DNA of 64,000 nucleotides from an uncultured Clostridia bacterium (GCA_947631945.1 CANRNI010000001.1:91331-155330), one strand, 5' to 3'; shown: positions 37,213-46,617, counted from the first letter of the stretch. Numbers and translations: made by a program. Notes: a model not told the origin generated them from the letters alone.

Positions 37213-37387
37213 GGCAACACCGCACAATTAGCGGCTGCCGCCTTTGCCGCGCATCTGTACCGAGATTTTCCGTCATTTTTACCAAAAGTTCCTTGAAATA
37301 CGGCAGTATTCCTGCGTCACTTTTGGCAATCTGACAAAAAATCTCTTGGCACATCTGCACGACAATAATTATGCGGTATTGCCTTAA
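37209..37387 (-). mobile_element. MITE-like repeat, A-type, full length (179 bp), reverse orientation
   Basis: TTAAGGCAACACCGCACAATTA...TAATTATGCGGTATTGCCTTAA. The left TTAA (37209-37212) contains the iolE TAA stop. Confidence 0.85.
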
Positions 37388-37463
37388 TGAAACGCCGAAT
37401 AAATCGCGTTCTGCGCAAGGTTAAAGCAATAAAGTTCATAACAATAAAGGAGATATATAAAAA

Positions 37464-38972
37464 ATGGCGATTGAAAAACTTAAATACTTTGTCAACGGCG
37501 AATTTAAAGATTCAAAAACCGACACATGGTATGACCTTCACAATCCGAGTACGGGAGAGGTTACGGGGCAGGCTCCCTGCTGCACCAATGACGAGGTTCT
37601 CGAGGCTATAGCGGCGGCAAAAGCGGCGTTCCCCGGCTGGAGCGGCACTCCTGCAATCAAGAGGGCGCAGATAATGTATAAAATCCGCGACCTTATTATA
37701 GAAAATATGGAAGAGCTTACCATGTCCGTTGCCTGTGAAAACGGTAAAGTCTGGTCGGAGGCCGAAGGCGACGTGCTGAAAGCTAAAGAGGGTACCGAGC
37801 TTGCCACTCAGGTTCCGTCGCTTATGATGGGCGAAAGCATTATGGACGCTTCAAGAGGTTACGATACTGTCAAGTACCGTGAGCCGCTCGGCGTTTTCGC
37901 GGGTATCGTTCCCGTTAATTTCCCAGCGATGATACCGTTCGGCTGGATGGCTCCCACTTGTATCGCGTGCGGAAACACAATGGTTCTCAAGGCGGCTTCT
38001 CTTACGCCGAAAACGGCTATGCTTCTTGCCAAAATTTACAAGGAGGCGGGCGTTCCCGACGGCGTAATCAACGTTGTTACCTGTTCGAGAAAAGAGATAG
38101 ATACGATTCTTGCGCATCCCGACGTAGTAGGTATCACTTTCGTCGGCTCAACTCCCGTAGGTCTTAAAATATATCAGAAAGCCGCCGCCGCAGGCAAACG
38201 CTGTCAGGCTCTCTGCCAGGCGAAGAACCACGCTCTTGTTCTTGAGGACTGCGCTCTTGAAAGAACTGTGGCGGGCGTTATAAACTCCGCTTACGGCTGC
38301 GCGGGTCAGCGCTGTATGGCTCTTTCATGCTGTGTTGTCGAGGAAAGCATTGCCGATAAATTTGTGGCCGAGCTTAAAAAACAGGCCGAAAAAATTAAAG
38401 TCGGTCCTTCATGGGAAAAGGATTCCAAGCTCGGACCTATCACATATAAAAAACATTATGACGAGGTTATAGCCGACATTGATAAAGGCGTTAAAGAGGG
38501 CGCAACTCTTGTACTTGACGGCAGAAGCTGCAAGGTCGAGGGCTATGAAAACGGCTATTTTGTAGGCCCCACGATTTTTGATAACGTTACCGAGGATATG
38601 ACTATCGGCAGAGACGAGGTATTCGGCCCTGTACTTTGCATTAAGAGATGCAAGAATTTCGAGGAAGGTCTTGCGATAATGAACGCGAATCCGTATGCCA
38701 ACGGTTCTGTTATATACACGCAGAGCGGTTACTACGCGAGAGAATTCGCGCGCTATACCCACGGCGGTCAGGTCGGCATCAACGTCGGTATTCCCGTTCC
38801 CGTAGGATTTATTCCGTTCTCCGGTCATAAGCAGTCGTTTTTCGGAGATCTTCATTGTCTCGGCAAGGACGCTTACCGTTTCTATACCGAGAGCAAGGCT
38901 GTGACCACTCATTGGTTCACGGAGGAAGAAAAGAAGGCTCTCGAAGTCAGCACTTGGGACGGAACTATATAA
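37464..38972 (+). CDS. iolA: CoA-acylating methylmalonate-semialdehyde dehydrogenase
   Basis: ALDH-superfamily member with an MmsA/IolA-like N-terminus (LKYFVNGEF...) and catalytic Cys region (GCAGQRCMA). Confidence 0.9.
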   Translation: MAIEKLKYFVNGEFKDSKTDTWYDLHNPSTGEVTGQAPCCTNDEVLEAIAAAKAAFPGWSGTPAIKRAQIMYKIRDLIIENMEELTMSVACENGKVWSEAEGDVLKAKEGTELATQVPSLMMGESIMDASRGYDTVKYREPLGVFAGIVPVNFPAMIPFGWMAPTCIACGNTMVLKAASLTPKTAMLLAKIYKEAGVPDGVINVVTCSRKEIDTILAHPDVVGITFVGSTPVGLKIYQKAAAAGKRCQALCQAKNHALVLEDCALERTVAGVINSAYGCAGQRCMALSCCVVEESIADKFVAELKKQAEKIKVGPSWEKDSKLGPITYKKHYDEVIADIDKGVKEGATLVLDGRSCKVEGYENGYFVGPTIFDNVTEDMTIGRDEVFGPVLCIKRCKNFEEGLAIMNANPYANGSVIYTQSGYYAREFARYTHGGQVGINVGIPVPVGFIPFSGHKQSFFGDLHCLGKDAYRFYTESKAVTTHWFTEEEKKALEVSTWDGTI

Positions 38973-39042
38973 GAGTGTGTACACATCTGATATAAAATAA
39001 CTGCCGTTAAATCGGCGTAAATACAGTGTAAAGGAGAAGAAT

Positions 39043-40050
39043 ATGGTAAAAATTGGTATTATCGGAGCTGGACGCATCGGCAAGGTTCATTTGCAGTCGA
39101 TTACATATCATGTAAAAAACGCTGTTGTGGCGGCTGTCGCCGACCCGTTCATGAATGAAGAAACGGAAAATTATATTAAGAGCATGGGCGTAAAAAAGAT
39201 AACGAAGGATTACAAGGAAATCCTTGCGGATTCCGAAATAGACGCGGTTATGATATGCTCGTCAACCGATACACATTCGTCGATTTCGGTCGAGGCTATT
39301 AACGCCGGAAAACACATTTTCTGCGAAAAGCCCGTAGATCACTCTATCGAAAAAATTCAGGCCGTTGCGGACGCTCTCGAGGGCAAAAATCTTAAATTTC
39401 AGGTGGGATTCAACAGACGCTTCGACCACAATTTCGCGGCGATACGCAAGGCCGTTGACGACGGAAAAATCGGTCAGCCCCATATAGTTAAAATCACGTC
39501 TCGCGACCCCGAGCCGCCAAATCCCGCATATATAAAGGTTTCGGGCGGAATATTCCTCGATATGACCATACATGATTTTGATATGGCGACGTTCCTCGTA
39601 AACAGCGATGTTGAGGAGGTTTACGTCCAGTCGGCTGTTCTCGTTGACCCCGCGATAGGCGAGCAGGGCGACGTTGATACGGCTATTATCACAATGAAAA
39701 TGGCAAACGGCGCGCTCTGCGTTATCGACAATTCGAGGAGAGCGGCGTACGGCTATGACCAGAGAGCGGAGGTTTTCGGCTCAAAGGGTATGGTAGCGAC
39801 ATCCAACGACACTCTTTCGTCGGCTGTTATTTCCGACGCAAACGGTGTAACAGGCGAAAAACCGCTGTTCTTCTTCCTTGAAAGATATATGCAGTCCTTT
39901 ACGGACGAGGTTTGCCAATTTGTCGATGCTATCGAAAACGATAAAGACGTTCCCGTGGGAATACACGCCGGTATGCAGTCCGTTAAAATCGGTCTTGCCG
40001 CGAAGAAATCCGTAGAGGAACACAGACCCGTCAGACTTTCGGAAATTTAA
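39043..40050 (+). CDS. iolG: Inositol 2-dehydrogenase (Gfo/Idh/MocA)
   Basis: IGIIGAGRIGKVH Rossmann motif and EKP motif (FCEKPV). The iolG assignment comes from context. Confidence 0.8.
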   Translation: MVKIGIIGAGRIGKVHLQSITYHVKNAVVAAVADPFMNEETENYIKSMGVKKITKDYKEILADSEIDAVMICSSTDTHSSISVEAINAGKHIFCEKPVDHSIEKIQAVADALEGKNLKFQVGFNRRFDHNFAAIRKAVDDGKIGQPHIVKITSRDPEPPNPAYIKVSGGIFLDMTIHDFDMATFLVNSDVEEVYVQSAVLVDPAIGEQGDVDTAIITMKMANGALCVIDNSRRAAYGYDQRAEVFGSKGMVATSNDTLSSAVISDANGVTGEKPLFFFLERYMQSFTDEVCQFVDAIENDKDVPVGIHAGMQSVKIGLAAKKSVEEHRPVRLSEI

Positions 40051-40110
40051 GGCCACACCGCACAAATATTGCCGTGCATCTGCACGACAATATTTTGTGC
40101 GGTATTATAA
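40047..40110. mobile_element. Miniature A-type derivative (64 bp: both TIRs, core almost entirely deleted)
   Basis: TTAAGGCCACACCGCACAAATATTG-CCGTGCATCTGCACGA-CAATATTTTGTGCGGTATTATAA. The left TTAA contains the iolG TAA stop. Confidence 0.7.
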
Positions 40111-40144
40111 TCACGCCTAAAAAAGTTTGCAAAAGGTGGCAAAA

Positions 40145-40585
40145 ATGGCAGCTTGCACATTTTTCGGGCATCACGACGCTCCGAAAGATATAGGACCAAT
40201 AGTTTATTCCGTCATAAAAGAATTGGTGGTAAATTATTCGGTTGATTACTTTTATGTAGGCAACAACGGGAGCTTTGATTTTACCGTAAGAAAACAGCTT
40301 CGTAAAATCAAGTCCGTTTATAATCATATACATTATGACGTTGTGTACGCTTATCCGCCCGAGCCCGATGCTTACTTCAATTTTGACAGCAACGTCATAT
40401 ATCCGCTTGGGCTTAAAAATGTGCCCGATAAAGCCGCTATACCTTGGAGAAACAAATGGATGATAGACAGGGCGGATTTCGTTGTTGTTTATGTTACAAA
40501 ATCGACCGGCGGCGCCGCTTATTATGCCGAATTTGCTTTAAAACACAGAAAAACCGTAATCAATATTGCGAAAAAGATATCTTAA
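40145..40585 (+). CDS. SLOG-fold protein (YpsA/DUF1273-like)
   Basis: The N-terminal CTFFGHHD matches the DUF1273 FTGHR-type start, and the size is about 146 aa. ATG 40145 lies behind AAGGTGG. The family call is from memory. Confidence 0.5.
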   Translation: MAACTFFGHHDAPKDIGPIVYSVIKELVVNYSVDYFYVGNNGSFDFTVRKQLRKIKSVYNHIHYDVVYAYPPEPDAYFNFDSNVIYPLGLKNVPDKAAIPWRNKWMIDRADFVVVYVTKSTGGAAYYAEFALKHRKTVINIAKKIS

Positions 40586-40597
40586 GGCAATACCGTC
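40582..40597. mobile_element. Solo A-type terminus
   Basis: TTAAGGCAATACCGTC, with the TAA stop of the preceding gene inside the TTAA. Confidence 0.4.
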
Positions 40598-40639
40598 GCC
40601 GTTTTTTGAAAAAGCATTTTTCATTAGTGTGAATACACT

Positions 40640-40861
40640 TTAAATTAAACAATCCTCAATATATTCAAGCAAATGACATTCTTCAAGTTTTGCGTCGTTT
40701 ATCTGTTTAAGCATTTTTAAAACCTGCGCTTTATCAACCGAAATATCCTCTACGGATACTGTTTTCCCCGATATGCCGTATGTGGTGTAACGCACGTTTT
40801 CAATTTCTGTTTCAGATGATATAAGCTTATAGCCTGCGTAGAATTTATTTCCGCTTTTCAT
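40640..40861 (-). CDS. Small hypothetical protein (73 aa)
   Basis: Only an ORF of ordinary amino-acid composition; no recognisable motif. Confidence 0.4.
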   Translation of the reverse strand: MKSGNKFYAGYKLISSETEIENVRYTTYGISGKTVSVEDISVDKAQVLKMLKQINDAKLEECHLLEYIEDCLI

Positions 40862-41214
40862 TTTCTCAGTTCTTTCATTGTATTATATGCACGCCGCGTA
40901 ATTATCTGCCGACTAATTTATTGCACGTCTGCGCAGCAAAATTATATAAAAATAATAATATAAAAAGCCGAATATATCAATTTGTGGAATAAACAAATTT
41001 GGGTATTTTTTCCAAAAAAAACTGCCGAAGTTCTTTTTTTATACAAAACGAAAATATAGTTGTTTTTAGATTTTTAATATAAAATCTCGCACATTATATT
41101 TCTGTTATAAAATAATAGTATAACTTTTGAAACTTTTTGTACCGATTTTGGTTTTTTTGTATTAATTCGCTTTTAATGGCGGCAATGCATTAAAAACCGC
41201 GTAAGTTTTTTAGC

Positions 41215-41243
41215 TTGACAAGTTAAAATGCCGTTGATATAAT
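41215..41243 (+). promoter_or_regulatory. Consensus SigA promoter TTGACA-17-(TGa)TATAAT
   Basis: TTGACA at 41215-41220, 17-nt spacer, extended -10 TGATATAAT (-10 at 41238-41243), and an AAGAGG RBS before the ATG at 41281. Confidence 0.75.
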
Positions 41244-41280
41244 ATACTTGTTAAAAAATAGTTTTAAGAGGTAATCAGTT

Positions 41281-42300
41281 ATGAGATTTGTTCGTTTTTT
41301 TATGGCTTTTATCATGATAGGTTTTAATTTGTTTAACTATCTTTTTAATGATTATGCATATCCGGCGGTAAGCACGGACGGCGCTTATCTGTTCTGCTAT
41401 TTTACGGGAAATTCGCCGGAGGAACAGAGAATACACCTTGCCGTAAGCACGGACGGTTATAATTTTAAGGCTTTGAACGGAAATAATGCCGTCATTACGC
41501 AGACGCTCGGTGAAAAGTGCTGCCGCGACCCCTATATTCTTAAAGCCAACGATGGATTTTATTATATTATCGCGACCGATATGGACGCCGAAAAGGGCTG
41601 GACGTCGAATCATTGCCTTGTAACGTGGAAATCCGCCGACCTTATCAATTGGACGGACGAAACAATTATTGATATACGCGATTTCGGCGGTGAGTTCGCG
41701 AACACAAACAGGGCTTGGGCTCCTCAGGCTATCTGGGACGAAAATGTAGGAATGTATATGGTTTACTGGGCCAATTCAACCGCCGAAAACGATATAGCCG
41801 GACATTATTATTCCTATACCAAGGATTTCAAAAAGCTTGAAACCGAGCCAAAGGTGCTTTACGGTCGCTGGGACGCAGTAAATCCCGATACGGGCGCGGT
41901 AGGTATTCAATGCATCGACGGTGATATAATCTATAACGAAAAGGACGGATATTATTATCTTTACTTTAAGCATGACGAGACACAGAAAATCGCCTACGTT
42001 AAGTCAAAGAATCTTACAGGCCCTTACGATACCGAGCCTGTTATCTGTTCGCTTGGTTATTGGGGCGTTGAGGGAAGCTCAATGTACCGCATTACTGGTA
42101 CAAACGCTTGGATGATGGTAATGGACGAATACGGACAGGGACATTTCTTTGCTCAAATGACAAGGGATTTTAAGAATTTCAGAAAGGTCAACAGAAAGGT
42201 ATACTCTATGGATGACTTAAGCCCCCGTCATGGCTCTGTTATGGCTATAAGCATGAAGGAATACCGCGCTTTGGTTGACGCGTACGGCGTTGAAAAGTAA
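41281..42300 (+). CDS. Glycoside hydrolase family 43
   Basis: Five-bladed propeller motifs (CCRDPYILKANDGFYYIIATD, WAPQAIWDE, VEGSSMY), plus an N-terminal hydrophobic segment. Confidence 0.8.
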   Translation: MRFVRFFMAFIMIGFNLFNYLFNDYAYPAVSTDGAYLFCYFTGNSPEEQRIHLAVSTDGYNFKALNGNNAVITQTLGEKCCRDPYILKANDGFYYIIATDMDAEKGWTSNHCLVTWKSADLINWTDETIIDIRDFGGEFANTNRAWAPQAIWDENVGMYMVYWANSTAENDIAGHYYSYTKDFKKLETEPKVLYGRWDAVNPDTGAVGIQCIDGDIIYNEKDGYYYLYFKHDETQKIAYVKSKNLTGPYDTEPVICSLGYWGVEGSSMYRITGTNAWMMVMDEYGQGHFFAQMTRDFKNFRKVNRKVYSMDDLSPRHGSVMAISMKEYRALVDAYGVEK

Positions 42301-42330
42301 AATATAATTAATCATATTAAGATAAAATTT

Positions 42331-42357
42331 TGCCGCGGATAAAACCGCGGCATTTTT
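42331..42357 (+). terminator. Rho-independent terminator after the GH43 gene
   Basis: TGCCGCGG-ATAAAA-CCGCGGCA followed by TTTTT. Confidence 0.8.
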
Positions 42358-42395
42358 GCGTAATGAGAATTACCAATCGTCGGCGTGAACGCCGA

Positions 42396-43580
42396 TTATT
42401 TTGAAAACATCACTCTTTCGCTGTTGAAAAGTCTTGTCAGAATGACAATTCCCAATCCCGTGTATACTGTGTTTGATATAACGGTTATAACTATATTGGC
42501 GTAGTTTATGTTAAATGAGAATATTCCCGACATACATTGGACGCTGTTATAGAGCGGAATAAGATAAAGCGCCGAACGGTCAGGCGGGTTGCCGAACATT
42601 CCCGAAATTCCTGCCGCGAGTACGATTATCATAATAGGAATAATATATGTCTGAGCCTCTTTTACGCTTGAAGCAAATGCGGACGCTATAAGTATTAAAG
42701 ATATCATTACAAGTACGGTCGAAAGAATAATCAGCGCCGTGAGCAGATAATCCTTTATTCCGTATACGCCGCCGCTTATCATTTCGCTTTCCGCGCCCAT
42801 AAGCGCGGGAAGCGAAGCGATGGTACATACCGTACTTATCGAGGCGCTTAGCAATGCTATAAGCGAAAGAGAAGCGATTTTTCCTATAGCTATGTGGCTT
42901 CTTTTCGCCGGAGTAACAAGCATTGTCGCTATAGTGCCTCTTTCCTTTTCCCCTGCTATTGCCTCGACTACAACAGATACACAACTGCTGTAAAGGAACA
43001 TCATAAGGAGCATCGGTAAAAGCATGGAAAATACTTGTCCTGTCATATCCTTGTTATCTACTAAATCATAGACCTCGTTTCCCGTGTTTATATCAAATTT
43101 ATTAATCATTGACGACTCATACATATCAAGCATTGATATAAGCGTCTGATACGCGGCGGCGGACTGTGCGGATGACGAGTTGTAATATATTTTTATTTCG
43201 GGGGCTTTTTCACCCGAATGTGAATCGTATCGGCTGACGGCCGTGTCAAAGTCCTCGGGGAAAACCACGCAGGCGTCGCATTCTTCGCCATCCTTTAAAG
43301 AATCTTTTACGGCTTGCAGTTCGGATATGTCCGTTTCGTTGATTTCAAATCCGATTTGCTCCTGTTCCGTTATCATTTTTATGCTCTTAGGAATATTCAC
43401 CGCGTTGATAACATATTTTTCCTCGCCGCCGTCAATCATATTTGTAACGGCGTTTCCCATAAAATTGTACATTACAAAAATGAGTAAACCGGGCAGCAGT
43501 AATGTTGTAATCACCATTCGTCTGTCGCTGAAAAATCTTTTCAGTTCCTTTTTAAAGACTGCAAAAACAGCGCTTTTCAT
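42396..43580 (-). CDS. ABC-2 type transporter permease (NatB-like)
   Basis: 394 aa: an N-terminal TM helix, a large extracytoplasmic loop, then 5 C-terminal TM helices. Translationally coupled to the ATPase gene. Confidence 0.75.
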   Translation of the reverse strand: MKSAVFAVFKKELKRFFSDRRMVITTLLLPGLLIFVMYNFMGNAVTNMIDGGEEKYVINAVNIPKSIKMITEQEQIGFEINETDISELQAVKDSLKDGEECDACVVFPEDFDTAVSRYDSHSGEKAPEIKIYYNSSSAQSAAAYQTLISMLDMYESSMINKFDINTGNEVYDLVDNKDMTGQVFSMLLPMLLMMFLYSSCVSVVVEAIAGEKERGTIATMLVTPAKRSHIAIGKIASLSLIALLSASISTVCTIASLPALMGAESEMISGGVYGIKDYLLTALIILSTVLVMISLILIASAFASSVKEAQTYIIPIMIIVLAAGISGMFGNPPDRSALYLIPLYNSVQCMSGIFSFNINYANIVITVISNTVYTGLGIVILTRLFNSERVMFSK

Positions 43581-44362
43581 ACTTCTCCGCCAACCCTTTC
43601 CGAATAAATATCAAAGAAACTGTCCTCAAGGCTTTTTCCGTCCGCGACATTTTGTATAGTATCGCATACGGCCATTCTACCGTTAATGATAACGCCCACC
43701 CTGTCGCAGACTTTTTCTATAAGACTGAAAATATGAGTGGAAATTATTACCGTTTTTCCGTTTCTTTTAAGCTCTTTTAAAAAGTCGGTCACGACCTTTG
43801 CGGTAATTACGTCGAGACCGTTTGTAGGCTCGTCAAAAATAATTACGGACGGGTCATGTACAAGAGATATAGCGAGCGAAGCCTTTTGTTTCATTCCCGT
43901 TGAAAGATTGCCTACCTTAACCTCCGCAAAATCTCCGATTCCGAAAGTGTCAAACAGCCTTTTTTTCCTTTCCGCGCTTATTTCCTCGGGTACGTTGTGA
44001 AGACGCGCGAAAAAATCATACAGATAATTCGGCGTAAAGAAGTCCTCAAGTCTTAAATCGCTTGTAAGAAAGCCTATGTTTTCTCTCACTTTTTCGGGTT
44101 CTTTTACAATACTGAAGCCCTTTATGAACGCGTCGCCGGAATCGGGACGTATAAGAGTTGCAAGAAGTCTCAGCGTTGTTGTTTTTCCCGCTCCGTTAGG
44201 ACCCAATAATCCGAAGATTTCACCCTCATTTACCGAGAAAGAAAGACCGTCCACCGCTGTTATTGTTTTGTTTTTCGTCTTTTCAAGCCTTTGCTGCTTT
44301 GCCGAGAGCTTAAATGTTTTTGTAAGCTTATCGGCGGTTAGAATTGTTTCCGTAAAAAACAC
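43577..44362 (-). CDS. ABC transporter ATP-binding protein (NatA-like)
   Basis: Walker A GPNGAGKTT, signature LSTGMKQK, Walker B IIFDEPTNGLD. Confidence 0.9.
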   Translation of the reverse strand: MFFTETILTADKLTKTFKLSAKQQRLEKTKNKTITAVDGLSFSVNEGEIFGLLGPNGAGKTTTLRLLATLIRPDSGDAFIKGFSIVKEPEKVRENIGFLTSDLRLEDFFTPNYLYDFFARLHNVPEEISAERKKRLFDTFGIGDFAEVKVGNLSTGMKQKASLAISLVHDPSVIIFDEPTNGLDVITAKVVTDFLKELKRNGKTVIISTHIFSLIEKVCDRVGVIINGRMAVCDTIQNVADGKSLEDSFFDIYSERVGGEV

Positions 44363-44468
44363 CTCCGTATACTTATATATGGCTTGTTTTATTCTTTAAG
44401 CGACAACAATTATAGACGATTTTTGACTAAAAGTCAATAGTTGTTTTTCGTCTATTTTATAATTTTTT

Positions 44469-44647
44469 TTAAGGCAATACCGCATAATTATTGTCGTGCA
44501 GATGTGCCGAGAGATTTTTCGTCAGATTGACAAAAATGACGCAGGAATACTGACGTATTTCAAGGAATTTTTGGCAAAGATGACGGGAAATCTCGGTGCA
44601 GATGCGCGGCAAAGGCGGTAGCCGTTAATTGTGCGGTATTGCCTTAA
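44469..44647 (+). mobile_element. MITE-like repeat, A-type, full length (179 bp)
   Basis: TTAAGGCAATACCGCATAATTA...TTAATTGTGCGGTATTGCCTTAA. Used as the reference orientation. Confidence 0.85.
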
Positions 44648-44693
44648 GTGTGTTGGCACGCCGAAATAATCAAAAATATCAGGGAATGATGGC

Positions 44694-44924
44694 ATGAGTA
44701 TTTTCAGTGAGCGGATAAGGGCATTGAGAGAGGACCGCGACCTTAATCAGACGCAAATGGCTCGGATACTTGAAACGAATCAGAGAAAAGTGTCGCGTAT
44801 GGAGACGGGAGAGAGCGAGCCTAATCTCAATGATATAATAGCTTACTGCTTATATTTCAATATTTCATCGGATTACCTGATAGGTCTTACCGATAAGGCG
44901 CTAAAATTATCCGAGAGAGAATAA
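44694..44924 (+). CDS. XRE-family helix-turn-helix transcriptional regulator
   Basis: 76 aa with a Cro/C1 HTH (LNQTQMARILETNQRKVSRMETGESEPNL). Confidence 0.85.
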   Translation: MSIFSERIRALREDRDLNQTQMARILETNQRKVSRMETGESEPNLNDIIAYCLYFNISSDYLIGLTDKALKLSERE

Positions 44925-44971
44925 TCGGAGCGTGTTCAAAATACTTAGTTTTAGCACGCTAAAAAAACAAG

Positions 44972-45478
44972 GTGAAAAGCTCTGTGAATATTGAAATAAG
45001 GAAATACACTAAAGACGATATCCGTGCAATGACTGAAATATGGAATGAAGTCGTGTCTGACGGGACGGCGTTTCCGCAGGAGGAATGTTTGACTTTTGAA
45101 AGCGCGGAAAAATTTTTCGCATCGCAGTCGTACTGCGCGGCAGCCGTGGACGCCGACAGCGGGGAAGTGCTCGGTTTGTATATACTTCACCCGAATAACA
45201 TCGGCAGGTGTTCTCATATATCGAACGCAAGCTACGCTGTTTCATCAAAGTCAAGAAATATGCATATAGGAGAGAAGCTTGTTTCGGACTGCATAAAAAC
45301 CGCGCCGAAATACGGTTTTAAAATTTTGCAGTTCAATGCCGTTGTAAAAACAAATGCGGCGGCAAGACATCTGTATGAAAAGCTTGGCTTTATACAACTC
45401 GGCACAATAAAAGACGGCTTTAGAATGAAAGACGGTACATACGAGGATATATGTCCGTATTACATAAGTTTAAAATAA
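44972..45478 (+). CDS. GNAT-family N-acetyltransferase (YncA/PAT-like)
   Basis: GNAT motif A region (HIGEKLVSDCIKTAPKYGFKILQFNAV...NAAARHLYEKLGF). The start may be GTG 44984. Confidence 0.8.
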   Translation: MKSSVNIEIRKYTKDDIRAMTEIWNEVVSDGTAFPQEECLTFESAEKFFASQSYCAAAVDADSGEVLGLYILHPNNIGRCSHISNASYAVSSKSRNMHIGEKLVSDCIKTAPKYGFKILQFNAVVKTNAAARHLYEKLGFIQLGTIKDGFRMKDGTYEDICPYYISLK

Positions 45479-45498
45479 TTTTGTTACAATAAAAGATA

Positions 45499-45532
45499 CG
45501 GCGGTATACACGCTGAAGCGTGTGTGCCGCCG
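45499..45532. terminator. Bidirectional terminator hairpin
   Basis: CGGCGGTATACACGC-TGAA-GCGTGTGTGCCGCCG (13 of 15 bp pair), between convergent genes, followed by a T-rich tract. Confidence 0.65.
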
Positions 45533-45555
45533 AAATTTGTTTTTACCGCAGGGAA

Positions 45556-46617
45556 TTAAAATATCATTTTATCTGAAAGAGCGTCGTAAATCGCCTTTGT
45601 TTCGGTTATGTTCTTTCCGTTTAAAATAAGCGTTTCTCCGTTTACGGTCAGTTCAACATTTGCGGGACAAGCGACGTATGAAAATCTTGTATAATTTCCA
45701 TACTCATTATTCGTAAATTTCCCCATTTGCAGACGCGCACTGCCGAATCCGTATACTCTTGTTCCGGCGTTATCGGTTTCGTGAAACTCAATACTTTCAA
45801 TTTCGTCATAATTTACCGTCATATCGCTCCAATATGTCGCTTTGACAATAAAAAACTTATCGCCGTATTCATAATTTATATTTCCCGTAAACATTAATAC
45901 GCCCGAAAAAATCAATATAACTGTCACTATTATCGCCACTATTATGTTGGTTATTCGTTTTTTTTCGCTTTCATCGGTATACGTTTTAATTTCCTTTGCG
46001 GGATATTTGCGGCTGTAAGCATAGGAATAGATTATCGGAATAATGACAGCCGCAGGAGCAATAAAAATCATTGGAACCAGTGAAAATTGCTTAGGCAAAA
46101 AAGCGCTTATAAATGTCAGCAAACCGCATACTACCCATACCTTGCCGCTAAAACGGTGCGTCGCGTTCCAGTTTTCTTCGCTTTCGAGCGTCTGTTTAGT
46201 TTTTATTCCGAGAGTTTTGTTTTGCCTGCATTTTGGCAGATAATTGCCGATTATAATAAACATAATGCTTATTGAAAGCGCTATAATCATATTGATATTA
46301 AATTCAGCTCCGGAAATTGCTCCGTATGCGACGCAGCTTGAACAAACAGATATACACGGGCATATCCAAAATATCATTCCCATAGCTTTTTTGCTCTGGA
46401 ATTTATTTTTTTTATCAGCCAATGTCAGAAAAACACACGACAAATGAATAATCAGCAGGAAAATCGGGATACCGAAAATTATAAGATATTTTTGACCTAA
46501 GCTGAAATCAAAAAACGTTTGCTTTACAAATTTATCCCACATCAGCAGTCCTGCGGCGGAAGGGAGCAATATAAACAGCGATGATAATATGATTTTTATT
46601 TTAATGCTTTTTGTCAT
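45556..46617 (-). CDS. sdpI: SdpI/YhfL-family membrane protein with a C-terminal soluble extension
   Basis: About 7 TM helices (DUF1648 + SdpI-like) followed by a ~110-aa soluble C-terminal domain. The gene overlaps sdpR by 17 nt. Confidence 0.65.
   Translation of the reverse strand: MTKSIKIKIILSSLFILLPSAAGLLMWDKFVKQTFFDFSLGQKYLIIFGIPIFLLIIHLSCVFLTLADKKNKFQSKKAMGMIFWICPCISVCSSCVAYGAISGAEFNINMIIALSISIMFIIIGNYLPKCRQNKTLGIKTKQTLESEENWNATHRFSGKVWVVCGLLTFISAFLPKQFSLVPMIFIAPAAVIIPIIYSYAYSRKYPAKEIKTYTDESEKKRITNIIVAIIVTVILIFSGVLMFTGNINYEYGDKFFIVKATYWSDMTVNYDEIESIEFHETDNAGTRVYGFGSARLQMGKFTNNEYGNYTRFSYVACPANVELTVNGETLILNGKNITETKAIYDALSDKMIF

Noticed and set aside
44694-45478. The adjacent XRE-family gene and GNAT acetyltransferase were considered as a GNAT-type toxin-antitoxin pair.
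   Set aside because: The genes are separated by 47 nt and are not overlapped or coupled. The GNAT resembles housekeeping YncA/PAT-type amino-acid acetyltransferases rather than tRNA-acetylating toxins, and the usual partner of those toxins is an RHH/DUF1778 antitoxin. There is no positive evidence for a TA pair.
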